From contig JANMWG010000132.1 of NCBI GenBank assembly GCA_031393885.1, positions 1-55,062 of the forward strand: a DNA stretch of 55,062 nucleotides, written 5' to 3'. A model generated the notes under the pieces. The model saw only the letters and a program-made list of their open reading frames with translations. It was not told where the DNA came from and did no database searches. This document shows positions 1 through 8,672 of this stretch, in pieces; positions within the stretch are counted from its first letter, which is position 1; the number at the start of each line of letters is the position of its first letter. Position numbers and translations under genes: made by a program. The stretch is from Betaproteobacteria bacterium (GTDB taxonomy: Bacteria; Pseudomonadota; Gammaproteobacteria; Burkholderiales; Ga0077523).

Positions 1-621
1 GAGCCCGACCAGCATCCAGAGACTCGGCCGGTTGGCGCGGGTGACCAGACCGAGGTCGTGGGTGTGCTTGAAGCCCCAGCCGTGACTGTGCCAGCCACCA
101 CCTTCATGATCGTGATCGTGGGTGTGTCCGTGATCGTGATCGTGATCATGACCATGCTCGTGCTCGTGATCGTGGGTGTGGCCCGGCGCGTGCGCATGGC
201 CATGGACGCTGCGCAAAGGACGCGACGCCAGCACGCCGGTGGGCATCGCCGCGGCGGCATAGCGCATGGTGCCGGCACCGCCGCGCACCGACGTCGGTTG
301 GCGCAACTGCGCCACCAGCGCCCGCTGCGTCCAGAGAGTCCACAGCCCGATCACCACCACCAGCAACCCGGTGGCGAGCGCGAGCCACGCTTCGAGGCGC
401 TGCGGCACCACGCCGGGTAACCCGAGCGAGGCGATCACGCCCACGGCAACGATGCCGCTCACATGCGACAACGTGACGAACATGCCGAGCACGACGGCAT
501 CCATCGGCCGCCCGCGCACCCCGACGATGTAGGCCGCGGCAATGGTCTTGCCGTGACCGGGCGTGGCAGCGTGAACGGCACCGAGCCAGAAGCTCGACGC
601 CAGATAGACCAACACCTCCAT
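1..621 (-). CDS. rcnA: Nickel/cobalt efflux transporter, RcnA/NicO family (3' end cut by window edge)
   Basis: Absent from the ORF track because it runs off the window. Reverse-complement translation from the ATG (cat at 619-621) gives MEVLVYLASSFWLGAVHAATPGHGKTIAAAYIVG..., which matches the E. coli RcnA motif GALHGLEPGHSKT. A His/Asp-rich loop follows: HGHAHAPGHTHDHEHEHGHDHDHDHGHTHDHDHEGGGWHSHGW. Confidence 0.7.
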   Translation of the reverse strand, partial: MEVLVYLASSFWLGAVHAATPGHGKTIAAAYIVGVRGRPMDAVVLGMFVTLSHVSGIVAVGVIASLGLPGVVPQRLEAWLALATGLLVVVIGLWTLWTQRALVAQLRQPTSVRGGAGTMRYAAAAMPTGVLASRPLRSVHGHAHAPGHTHDHEHEHGHDHDHDHGHTHDHDHEGGGWHSHGWGFKHTHDLGLVTRANRPSLWMLVGL

Positions 622-739
622 GATGCATTCCGGTTGCGCGATACTCGAGCCGTGGATTCTGCCGCATGGTGCCGCAGATTCCTATGGGCAACATCCAGCT
701 GATGGATGGCCGGTTTGGCCGGCAAGAGAGGAAACAGGC

Positions 740-1885
740 TTGAACTTCGATTTCGACGACACGCCCGACCCACGGGGTCAATGGCGCTACAAGTGGGACC
801 GGTTTCGCGACCGTGACGTGATTCCGATGTGGGTGGCCGACATGGATTTCCGGGCGCCACCACCGGTGCTGGACATCCTGCGCGAGCGCGTCGAGCACGG
901 GGTCTTCGGGTATCTCGATCCGGGCCCGGAACTGGTGGACACGCTCATCGAGCATCTCGCGCGCGAGTACGACTGGCACACGCAGCGCGAGTGGTTCGTG
1001 TGGCTACCGGGCCTGGTCTCGGGGCTGAACATCGTGTGCCGCGCCATCGGATCACCCGGCGATGCGGTGGTCACCGGGGTGCCGATCTATCCGCCGTTCC
1101 TGTCGGCGCCGCTGAACGCCGATCGCCGATTGCAGCGCGCGCCACTCGTGCAGGCCAACGACCGCTGGCAGTTCGATGCGGCCGCGCTCGACGGTGCCGT
1201 CGATGCCGGCACGCGGCTTTTCCTGCTGTGCAATCCGCACAATCCGGTTGGCCGCGCCTTCACCCGTGACGAGCTCGTGGCGCTCGCCGAGGTGTGCGAA
1301 CGCCGCGATCTCGTGATCTGCTCGGACGAGATCCACTGCGGCCTGCTGCTCGACGATGAGCAGCGCCACGTACCGATGGCGACACTGTCACCGGCGATCG
1401 AGCGGCGCACCATCACGCTGATGGCAGCGTCGAAAACCTTCAACCTGCCGGCGCTCGGCACTGCTTTCGCCGTGGTCCCCGACCCGGCTCTGCGCGACCG
1501 CATGCAGGCGGTGATGAAGGGTATCGTGCACCGCCCGTTCGGCCTGGGGATGTGGACCACGCTCGCCGCCTATCGTGACGGCGAACCCTGGCGTCGCGCG
1601 CTCATCGCCTATCTGCGCGGCAACCGCGATCTCGTAGCGGCGCGGGTGGCGCGCATGGCCGGGTTGTCGATGACCCCGGTGGAGGCAACCTATCTGGCGT
1701 GGATCGACTGTCGGGCGGCGCGGCTGGAGGACCCAAGGGGATTCTTCGAAGCAGCGGGCGTCGGCCTCTACGACGGCGCCGACTTCGGCACGCCGGGTTG
1801 GGTACGCCTCAATTTCGCGTGCAGTCGGGCGCTGCTCGACCAGGCCCTGACCCGCATGGAGGAGGCCATAACCCGCCGGCGGTGA
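740..1885 (+). CDS. PLP-dependent aminotransferase class I/II, MalY/PatB-type C-S lyase
   Basis: ORF 620-1885. The conserved family N-terminus (NFDFDDTPDPRG..KWDRF) begins at an in-frame TTG at 740, preceded by gagagga. The Lys motif context AASKTFN is present. The start is uncertain (620 or 740). Confidence 0.75.
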   Translation: MNFDFDDTPDPRGQWRYKWDRFRDRDVIPMWVADMDFRAPPPVLDILRERVEHGVFGYLDPGPELVDTLIEHLAREYDWHTQREWFVWLPGLVSGLNIVCRAIGSPGDAVVTGVPIYPPFLSAPLNADRRLQRAPLVQANDRWQFDAAALDGAVDAGTRLFLLCNPHNPVGRAFTRDELVALAEVCERRDLVICSDEIHCGLLLDDEQRHVPMATLSPAIERRTITLMAASKTFNLPALGTAFAVVPDPALRDRMQAVMKGIVHRPFGLGMWTTLAAYRDGEPWRRALIAYLRGNRDLVAARVARMAGLSMTPVEATYLAWIDCRAARLEDPRGFFEAAGVGLYDGADFGTPGWVRLNFACSRALLDQALTRMEEAITRRR

Positions 1886-1897
1886 CAGCAGCCGCGT

Positions 1898-4021
1898 TCA
1901 GAAGGAAGCGGAAACGGACACCCGGCCGCCGATCGATTCGACTGGGTGGAAGTGCACGTCATTGACGCCGGTCCGGGTACCAGCCGGGCCCTGGCAGGCG
2001 GGTGTGGCATTGGCACCGACCGTATCGCTGCGGATGCACGATGCGTAGAAATAGTCGACGTCGCTCGCCTTGCGATTGAACAGGTTGAAAATGTCGAGCC
2101 GCACCTGCCAGGTCTTGTCGACGCGGTAGCCCATGCGCAGATTGGTGAGGTTGGTGGAGTGCGAGCGCACCGAGTTATCCTCGATCAGGGGGCGCGGTCC
2201 GAAGTAGCGTTGCTGGACCGCGATGAACCATTTTTCGCCGGGATTCCAGGTGATGCCGAGCGACGCCACGCGCTGGATCGAGCCCGGAATGTTATCGCCA
2301 GCGGGATCGCTCTGGGTGAACCGCGCGCGCGACCACGCCAATTGCAGATCGACGAGCAGGCCCGCCGGTAGCATGTAGTGGTTGGTCCATTCGATGCCGC
2401 TGCGCTTGCTCGCGCGGCTGGGTTCCGTGGTGCCGGCATCACCGGTGAAGAGCAATTCGGAGTCGAGCCTCAGTTCCCAAAGGGCGAGCGAACTCTGAAG
2501 GTTAGGAATGATCTCGGTGCGCACACCGATCTCGGCGCCCTCGGACTTCACCAGCGGCGTCACCGGATCAGCCGGCAGCCCGGTCTTCGGATCGACCCGG
2601 ATCGTGGTGCCACGGGCATCGTTGCTGTGAAAACCACGGCCGAAGTTGGCGAAGTACTCGGTCTTCGTCCAGGGGCCGAAAACCAGGTTCAGCTTGGGCG
2701 AGAACACGTGGTCGCCCACCTTGCCCGAGTTGACCGCAAGACTCGAATTGACGTCGAACCGGTAGTAGTCGGCGCGGATGCCCGCGACGCTGCGGAACCA
2801 GCTCAGCCATTGGGTGGCGTTTTCGGCGTAGATCCCCAGGCTGCCCTCGCGAACCTTGTCGTCGCGGGTGGTCGAAAAACGGTTCTGAGCAACCGTGCTG
2901 AACAGCGCGACCTGATCGATATCGTCGAAGCGGCCTTGCAGGCCGATGCGGTTCAGCATGTCGAACGAGCCGATCTTGCCGACGAAGGTCACGCGCGGAT
3001 GAATGCCATAGACGGTGCGCCGGTCGGCCTGCTCGAACTGGTCGCCCTGCACCGGGTTGTCGAGAAAATAGGTGAAGTTGGAAAACAGGTTGAGGCTGTA
3101 GCGGATGGCATAGGCATCGATCTCGTAGCGGCCACCGTTGAAGTCGGCATAGCGCGACGCGGACAGCGAATAGCGCGACGAGCGTCCGCCGTCGGTGGGG
3201 TCGAGGGTACCGAAGCGCGAGATATCGCCGCGATCGACGGCCCGCTGCCCGATCTGGTCGGTGGAGTCCCACTTGCCGTCGTAGCCCATCAGCGTCACGT
3301 TGAATCCATTGGACTTGGATCCTTGCGACAGTTTCAGCACCCCGTTGAGCTTCTGGTAACCATTCGGATGGTCCCACGGGCCATCGTTGCCGACCGCCTC
3401 GAAGGCATACAGCAGGTGTCCGTCACCGACATCGGGGCTGCCGGCGATCAGCGCGCGCTTGTAGTTGAAGTTGCCCAGGGTCAGGGTGGCGTTGTTGGTG
3501 GGCAACGAATCGGCGTAGCGCAACCCCACCGAGCCGGCCGAGGCGAAATCGCCGTTCTCGGCAAAGTACGGCCCCTTGCGGTAATTGATGCCCGAGACCA
3601 GTTCCGGTATCAGGAACGACAGGTCGGCATAGCCTTGGCCATGCGCATGGGTCGGCATGTTGACCGGCATGCCGGCGAGATTGATGGCGAAATCGGTACC
3701 GTGATCGAGGTTGAACCCGCGCAGGAAATACTGGTTGGCCTTGCCGTCGCCGCTATGCTGCGTGATGATCACGCCAGGCACGAATTCGAGCACTTCACCG
3801 GGCCGCAACACCGGCCGGGTCTCGATGCGTTTGGCAGTCACGCTGCCCTCGCTGGCTGCGTCGGAGCTGCCGACAGCGGTGTCGTAATGGCCGAGCACGT
3901 CGACAGCGGGAGCATCGAGTTCGTGGCCGACGGCCATGCCCGACATCAGCCAGCCGGCGCCTGCCCCTGCGAGCAAGCCGGCTACCCGTCGATATCTCCC
4001 CATTGCGCTTCCCCTGGCCAT
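1898..4021 (-). CDS. TonB-dependent outer-membrane receptor
   Basis: 707 aa with an N-terminal signal peptide, plug-like EVLEFVPGVIITQHSGDGKANQYFLRGFNLDHGTDF, a long beta-barrel-like Gly/aromatic-rich body, and the canonical C-terminal ...VSVSASF ending in Phe. Divergent from nikR. Confidence 0.9.
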   Translation of the reverse strand: MARGSAMGRYRRVAGLLAGAGAGWLMSGMAVGHELDAPAVDVLGHYDTAVGSSDAASEGSVTAKRIETRPVLRPGEVLEFVPGVIITQHSGDGKANQYFLRGFNLDHGTDFAINLAGMPVNMPTHAHGQGYADLSFLIPELVSGINYRKGPYFAENGDFASAGSVGLRYADSLPTNNATLTLGNFNYKRALIAGSPDVGDGHLLYAFEAVGNDGPWDHPNGYQKLNGVLKLSQGSKSNGFNVTLMGYDGKWDSTDQIGQRAVDRGDISRFGTLDPTDGGRSSRYSLSASRYADFNGGRYEIDAYAIRYSLNLFSNFTYFLDNPVQGDQFEQADRRTVYGIHPRVTFVGKIGSFDMLNRIGLQGRFDDIDQVALFSTVAQNRFSTTRDDKVREGSLGIYAENATQWLSWFRSVAGIRADYYRFDVNSSLAVNSGKVGDHVFSPKLNLVFGPWTKTEYFANFGRGFHSNDARGTTIRVDPKTGLPADPVTPLVKSEGAEIGVRTEIIPNLQSSLALWELRLDSELLFTGDAGTTEPSRASKRSGIEWTNHYMLPAGLLVDLQLAWSRARFTQSDPAGDNIPGSIQRVASLGITWNPGEKWFIAVQQRYFGPRPLIEDNSVRSHSTNLTNLRMGYRVDKTWQVRLDIFNLFNRKASDVDYFYASCIRSDTVGANATPACQGPAGTRTGVNDVHFHPVESIGGRVSVSASF

Positions 4022-4072
4022 GGCGGTCGGGCAAATACGCTGTCATCGCAGCGCTGGTCGCACCGATCGCCG

Positions 4073-4103
4073 AATTAAGAACTGTTTCTCGTTTGTAAGA
4101 TAA
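4073..4103. promoter_or_regulatory. AT-rich candidate operator in the TBDR/nikR divergent intergenic region
   Basis: aattaagaactgtttctcgtttgtaagataa stands out in a GC-rich spacer. It shares TTCTCGTTT(G/A)(T/C)AAGA and GATAAC/AAGAAC hexamers with the Fur-like site at 8499-8525. No canonical NikR GTATGA-N16-TCATAC is present. Confidence 0.3.
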
Positions 4104-4205
4104 CCGCAGGCGTGCATGGTCGTCAACGCCGTCGGTGAGCGATTGCGGCGACTTGCTCCGCATCGGCTACCATCCGTGCTGCTGAAATTCCCGACGGGGC
4201 CGGCC

Positions 4206-4658
4206 ATGCAAAGAATCACCATCTCGCTCAGCGATTCGCTGGCGCAGGACTTCGACGACTGGATGCAGCGCCGCCAGTACGGCAACCGCTCGGAGGCGGT
4301 GCGTGACATGGTGCGTGCCACCCTCGAAGCCGACCGGCTGTCGGAACCCGACAACCAGTGGTGCGTGGCGTCGCTCTCCTACGTGTACAACCATCACGCG
4401 CGCGATCTGGCCGAGCGCCTCACGGCGCTCCAGCACGATCACCATGACCTGGTGCTGTCATCCATGCATGTCCATCTGGATCACGACAACTGCCTCGAAA
4501 CCGTGATGCTGCGTGGCCCGGTCAAGAACGTGCGTGGGTTTGCCGATGTGCTCATCGCCGAGTCGGGAGTGCGGCATGGGCGCATCAACGTGGTCCCGGT
4601 CGCGGTCGAGACCACGCACTACCGGCAGTTGCATGTCCACGCACATCCCCATACCTGA
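4206..4658 (+). CDS. nikR: Nickel-responsive transcriptional regulator NikR
   Basis: MQRITISLSDSLAQDFDDWMQRRQYGNRSEAVRDMVR...LSYVYNHHARDLAERLTALQHDHHDLVLSSMHVHLDHDNCLE...RGFADVLIAESGVRHG is collinear with E. coli NikR (ribbon-helix-helix plus His/Cys nickel site). The internal ATG at 4206 is chosen over the ORF-track start at 4116. Confidence 0.9.
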   Translation: MQRITISLSDSLAQDFDDWMQRRQYGNRSEAVRDMVRATLEADRLSEPDNQWCVASLSYVYNHHARDLAERLTALQHDHHDLVLSSMHVHLDHDNCLETVMLRGPVKNVRGFADVLIAESGVRHGRINVVPVAVETTHYRQLHVHAHPHT

Positions 4659-4676
4659 ACCCAGAGCCCTGAACCC

Positions 4677-5819
4677 ATGCCCCGGAATCCCCTGCTGTTC
4701 ACCCCGCTCGAGCTGCGCTCGGTGCAGTTGCGCAACCGCATCGTCATTTCGCCGATGTGCCAGTACTCGGCCATCGACGGTTTCGCCAATGACTGGCATT
4801 TCGCCCACCTCGCCCGCTTCGCCATGGGCGGCGCCGGCCTGGTCTTCACCGAGGCGGCAGCCGTGCAACGCGACGGCCGCATCACCCATGGCGACCTGGG
4901 CATCTGGTCCGACGCGCACGCCCAAGCGCTCGAACGCGTGACGGCATTCATCAAGTCACAGGGGGCGGTGCCGGCGATCCAGTTGGCACATGCGGGGCGC
5001 AAGGCGTCCATGCAACGGCCGTGGCATGGCAACGGCCCGCTCGATGCTTCCGACCGGGCACGCGGCGAGGAGGTCTGGACCGTGATGGCACCGAGCGCGA
5101 TCCCGATGGATACCGGCTGGCTGGTCCCGTCGGCAATGACCCTGGGCGACATCGAGGGCCTGAAACAGAGCTTTCGCGACGGCCTGGCACGCTCGCTCGC
5201 AGTCGGTTTCGAGGTCGCGGAAATCCATGGCGCGCATGGCTATCTGCTGCACGCGTTCCTGTCGCCGCTTTCCAACAAGCGTACCGACCACTACGGCGGC
5301 GACGCCGAGGGCCGCATGCGCCTCGCGCTCGAAATCGCGACCGATGCACGAGCCGCGTGGCCACGGGACAAGCCGCTCTTCTTCAGGGTGTCAGCGGTCG
5401 ACGGTGTCGACGGCGGCCTGACGATCGACGACACCATTGTGCTGGCCAGGCGGCTCAGGGCGATCGGCATCGACGTAATCGATTGCTCGTCGGGTGGATT
5501 GCTGGGCTCAGCGACCGCGGCGCGGGTCAAGCGGTTCGCCGGCTTCCAGGTGCCATACGCGGCGGCGATACGGCGCGATGCCGACGTGCCTACCATGGCG
5601 GTCGGACTGATCACCGAACCCGGACACGCCGAAGAGGTGCTGCGCAACGGCGAAGCCGATCTGATCGCGATTGGCCGCGAGGCGCTGCGCAATCCGAACT
5701 GGGCCCTGCATGCCGAAGAGGCATTGGGCTTGGACAACGAATACGCGTCGTGGCCGGTACAGGCCGGGTGGTGGCTCGACAAGCGCAAGAAGGCGATGGC
5801 GCCGAGCGAGCAGCGGTAG
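4677..5819 (+). CDS. NADH:flavin oxidoreductase, Old Yellow Enzyme family (YqjM/NamA-like)
   Basis: MPRNPLLFTPLELRSVQLRNRIVISPMCQYSA...HGAHGYLLHAFLSPLSNKRTDHYGG... are typical OYE motifs. Lies 18 nt downstream of nikR on the same strand. Confidence 0.85.
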   Translation: MPRNPLLFTPLELRSVQLRNRIVISPMCQYSAIDGFANDWHFAHLARFAMGGAGLVFTEAAAVQRDGRITHGDLGIWSDAHAQALERVTAFIKSQGAVPAIQLAHAGRKASMQRPWHGNGPLDASDRARGEEVWTVMAPSAIPMDTGWLVPSAMTLGDIEGLKQSFRDGLARSLAVGFEVAEIHGAHGYLLHAFLSPLSNKRTDHYGGDAEGRMRLALEIATDARAAWPRDKPLFFRVSAVDGVDGGLTIDDTIVLARRLRAIGIDVIDCSSGGLLGSATAARVKRFAGFQVPYAAAIRRDADVPTMAVGLITEPGHAEEVLRNGEADLIAIGREALRNPNWALHAEEALGLDNEYASWPVQAGWWLDKRKKAMAPSEQR

Positions 5820-5859
5820 GTTTCCGGAACCGAATCTTCGCGAGTAGAAGCGGAACGGC

Positions 5860-6834
5860 CTAGTTGGCGAGGGCGGCTTTCCTCAGCCGTACCTCGCGCT
5901 CGGCGATTTTTTCGCGAATTTTCGGCACCGCGGCGAGCGCTGCTCGTTCGCCTTCGAGAATGGCGAGGTTGCGGCTCTCGAAGCTGGTGGAGCCGATCTT
6001 GCGAATGCCCGGGCTGATGACGACATCGGCCGAGGGCAATTCGTGTGCGGCGAGCGAGCGACCCATGATATTGAAGGTCTGGAGCAGCACGCTCACGCTG
6101 TCGCTCACCACCGCCCACTGCGGGTCGCGCGAGATGTCGACCGCGATCACGATGTCGGCGCCGAGATCGCGCGCAGCCCGCACCGGCACCGGGCTCGTCA
6201 AGCCGCCGTCGACATACTCCCGACCGTTGATCATGACCGGCTGGAACACGCCGGGCACACTGCTCGACGCGCGTACCGCGAGCCCCGTGTTGCCGTAACG
6301 GAACACGACCTGTTCGCCGCTCAGCAGATCGGTGGCGACGATGCCGAGCGTGCGGCCGAGCTTGTCGATGGTCCGGTTCTGGACCGCCTTGTTGATGAAG
6401 TTCTGCAGCGATTCGCCACGGATGAAACCGCGGTTCGGCAGCACCCAGTCGCTGACCGACTTCTCGTCCTTGTCGAGCGCCATGCGCTGCAATTCGAAAC
6501 CGCTCACACCGCTCGCGTACAGAGCGCCGACGACGCTCCCGGCGCTGGCACCGACCACGATGTCGGGCCGAATGCCCTGGGTCTCGAGCATCTTGATCAC
6601 GCCCACATGGGCAAAGCCACGCGCCGCGCCACCACCGAGTGCGATCGCGAGTCGGGGCGGCGGAATCACCGGTGCCGGTCGCGGCGGCACGGGCAGCGGT
6701 GGCGGGACCACCACGATCGCGGGGAGATCGACCGCGGCGATGCCCAGATCGGGACACGGTTGGTGAGCGGAACACGCGTTGATGCCGATCACGGCGATGG
6801 CGATAACCGTGGTGCGAAACGGGTTCAGGCTCAT
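5860..6834 (-). CDS. Patatin-like phospholipase (RssA-like), probable lipoprotein
   Basis: Oxyanion motif GGGAARGFAHVGV, nucleophile motif GASAGSVVG and the DGG motif are present. MSLNPFRTTVIAIAVIGINAC is a signal/lipobox, so the internal ATG at 6834 is preferred. Confidence 0.85.
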   Translation of the reverse strand: MSLNPFRTTVIAIAVIGINACSAHQPCPDLGIAAVDLPAIVVVPPPLPVPPRPAPVIPPPRLAIALGGGAARGFAHVGVIKMLETQGIRPDIVVGASAGSVVGALYASGVSGFELQRMALDKDEKSVSDWVLPNRGFIRGESLQNFINKAVQNRTIDKLGRTLGIVATDLLSGEQVVFRYGNTGLAVRASSSVPGVFQPVMINGREYVDGGLTSPVPVRAARDLGADIVIAVDISRDPQWAVVSDSVSVLLQTFNIMGRSLAAHELPSADVVISPGIRKIGSTSFESRNLAILEGERAALAAVPKIREKIAEREVRLRKAALAN

Positions 6835-6901
6835 CGATTGGCACGACCGACCGGCGTGGGCTCGAAAACCTCGATCATGCCGCAAACCAGCGCGCACGCC
6901 T

Positions 6902-7002
6902 GAAATGACGCCCACCCCCAGACTGCGCTGCGCTGCGGCTTCCCCCAGGGGCGCAGCGTCCTCGGGGGACCCTCTGGGCGCTGCCCCTTCGCTCGTGAAT
7001 GA
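6902..7002. repeat. REP-like repeat, family R1, single copy
   Basis: gaaatgacgcccacccccagactgcgctgcgc...cccccaggggcgcagcgtcctcgggggaccc...gccccttcgct matches units at 13417-13772, 31649-31972 and 54758-55062. Confidence 0.85.
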
Positions 7003-7003
7003 C

Positions 7004-7029
7004 CGCGGGCCGCTTTTGGGCGGCCCGCG
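7004..7029 (-). terminator. GC hairpin downstream of bfr
   Basis: cgcgggccgc-ttttgg-gcggcccgcg forms a perfect 10-bp stem 25 nt after the bfr stop. There is no clear U-tract on the bfr strand. Confidence 0.45.
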
Positions 7030-7053
7030 TGACGTCTCCGGATCGGTCGAAGA

Positions 7054-7536
7054 TCAGGATGGGGAAGCGTCGCCCATCATGCTCTGCATGTAGTTCTGGA
7101 TGCCGATCTTGGTGATCAGATCGAGCTGGGTCTCGAGGTAGTCGATGTGCTCTTCTTCGCTGTCGAGAATGTAGGTGAACAGTTCGCGCGAGATGAAATC
7201 GCCAGCCGACTCACAGTGAACAATACCCGCCTTCAGGTCGGGATGGGCTTTCATCTCGAGTTGAAGGTCGCACTTGAGACATTCCTCGACATTCTCGCCG
7301 ATCAGGAGTTTGCCGAGTTCCTGCAGATTGGGAATCCCTTCCAGGAACAGGATGCGCTCGATCAGCTTGTCGGCGTGCTTCATCTCGTCGATCGATTCGT
7401 GGTATTCGTAATCGCCGAGTTTCTTCAACCCCCAGTTCTTGAACATCCGGGAGTGAAGAAAGTACTGGTTGATCGCCGTGAGTTCGTTCAACAGCACCTT
7501 GTTCAAATGCTGGATGACCTTCTTGTCGCCTTTCAT
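7054..7536 (-). CDS. bfr: Bacterioferritin
   Basis: [67 protein letters not shown] is a near-textbook Bfr N-terminus, including the ferroxidase ligands and the haem Met. Confidence 0.97.
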   Translation of the reverse strand: MKGDKKVIQHLNKVLLNELTAINQYFLHSRMFKNWGLKKLGDYEYHESIDEMKHADKLIERILFLEGIPNLQELGKLLIGENVEECLKCDLQLEMKAHPDLKAGIVHCESAGDFISRELFTYILDSEEEHIDYLETQLDLITKIGIQNYMQSMMGDASPS

Positions 7537-7728
7537 TGCGTGCTCCTTTGCGATGCATCGAGACTGCTCGCACGCATTCTATCGGGCTCGGCCGGTCAGA
7601 AGCTTCGGAGTTTCCAATGGACCGGAAGGAGGATGAGACGCGAAACAGGAATGGGATTCAGTGCGTGCTCGGCTGCTCTCGCGAACGCGGTCGCGTCGAA
7701 GGTAGAGCAACAAAAACCCGGCGGTACT

Positions 7729-7926
7729 TCAGGCGGCCGAGAACTGACCCTCGAACCGTTGCTCGGCCCTTGACTCGTCGAGCAACTCCTTGGCGTGAGG
7801 GGCACACCGACCGCAATTCGCCGCAACGCCAAGGCATTGCCGAAGCTGGCGCATGGACTTCACGCCATCACACACGGCTTCGCGAATCTGACGATCGGTC
7901 ACACCGTTGCACAAACAAACATACAT
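7729..7926 (-). CDS. bfd: Bacterioferritin-associated ferredoxin (2Fe-2S)
   Basis: MYVCLCNGVTDRQIREAV...CGRCAPHAKELL carries the CxC...CxxC Bfd signature. The internal ATG at 7926 is chosen. Confidence 0.9.
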   Translation of the reverse strand: MYVCLCNGVTDRQIREAVCDGVKSMRQLRQCLGVAANCGRCAPHAKELLDESRAEQRFEGQFSAA

Positions 7927-7977
7927 GCTGAGCTCTCCGGAGCGGACGACCGCCGCCATGACCAAAACTGTATAGGC

Positions 7978-7996
7978 AATGAGAATGATTGTCAAT
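7978..7996. promoter_or_regulatory. Fur-box-like site upstream of bfd
   Basis: aatgagaatgattgtcaat contains the inverted repeat TGAGAAT-g-ATTGTCA and resembles GATAATGATAATCATTATC. It lies about 50 nt upstream of the bfd start. Confidence 0.6.
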
Positions 7997-8086
7997 CGTG
8001 CAGGGAGACGTGGATCGGCAACGCCGATCCTCATCCGGGAACGTCCGATTTCGACCGGTCACCTTGTACGCCTGGTCTTCTGCGGC

Positions 8087-8425
8087 TCACTTTCCGCCCG
8101 CGGCTGCCGGGCAGTCGGCGCACTGCGGGCCGGCGGCGCCCGCAAGACACCGCGACAACTCGGTCTCGAGAGCGCTGGCGGATCGTCGGCATGCGACCAC
8201 GCGCACCCCGTCGGCCTGCGCCTGGGTCCGAAAACTCTTCATCACGTTGTGACCGATGAAATCGGTGAACAGGATCAGCAGATCGAGATTGCGCGGCAGC
8301 GCCGGGAGGCGCTTCTGGTGTGTCGCATTGCGGCCGCTGACATGGCCCGCGATCGTGATACCCAGCGCGGCGAGTCGTTCGGGGATGTTTCCCAACCGGT
8401 CGGCACCGACGAGCATCGCATTCAT
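8087..8425 (-). CDS. DUF2325-like small protein
   Basis: 112 aa. MNAMLVGADRLGNIPERL...GHVSGRN...LDLLILFTDFIGHNVMKSF...VVACRRSASALE fits my recollection of the DUF2325 pattern. The C-terminus has CADC. Confidence 0.6.
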   Translation of the reverse strand: MNAMLVGADRLGNIPERLAALGITIAGHVSGRNATHQKRLPALPRNLDLLILFTDFIGHNVMKSFRTQAQADGVRVVACRRSASALETELSRCLAGAAGPQCADCPAAAGGK

Positions 8426-8498
8426 GTGGCGTCCTTTGCACAGGCCTGCCCGGTGTCAGCGGAGACGATCTCCACCGGATGGGCCCACGAACAGGTAA

Positions 8499-8525
8499 CA
8501 AATGATAACGATTCTCGTTTACAAG
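8499..8525. promoter_or_regulatory. Fur-box-like site in the DUF2325 / FTR1 divergent region
   Basis: caaatgataacgattctcgtttacaag reads as GATAAC GATTCT CGTTTAC, approximating the three-hexamer Fur model. It is an AT-rich island in GC-rich DNA. Confidence 0.5.
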
Positions 8526-8672
8526 AACAAGCCCTGTTGACGACGGCCTACGGTTTGCCCGCGCGTGAACCCGAGCGGTTTCCCGGTCGAGAACTTCTCG
8601 CGTTGCCGATTGGTCGATATTCCGCTGACGAGTACCATTCCTGCCTCGCTACATATCGCTGAAAGCCGCTCG

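Noticed and set aside
58-420. 120-aa plus-strand ORF with a V/I/M-rich hydrophobic start
   Set aside because: It is the antisense reading of the His/Asp-rich loop of the RcnA-like gene (CAC/GAC codons read as GTG/GTC). The minus-strand frame has clear family motifs.
2378-4078. 566-aa ORF on the plus strand
   Set aside because: It is antisense to the well-supported TonB-dependent receptor gene. The translation is Ala/Arg/Gly/Val-rich with no recognisable motifs, which is the typical shadow ORF of GC-rich DNA.
4022-4205. Canonical NikR operator (GTATGA-N16-TCATAC) in the nikR/TBDR intergenic region
   Set aside because: I searched by eye on both strands and did not find it. Only an AT-rich segment of uncertain identity is present, and that is reported separately at low confidence.
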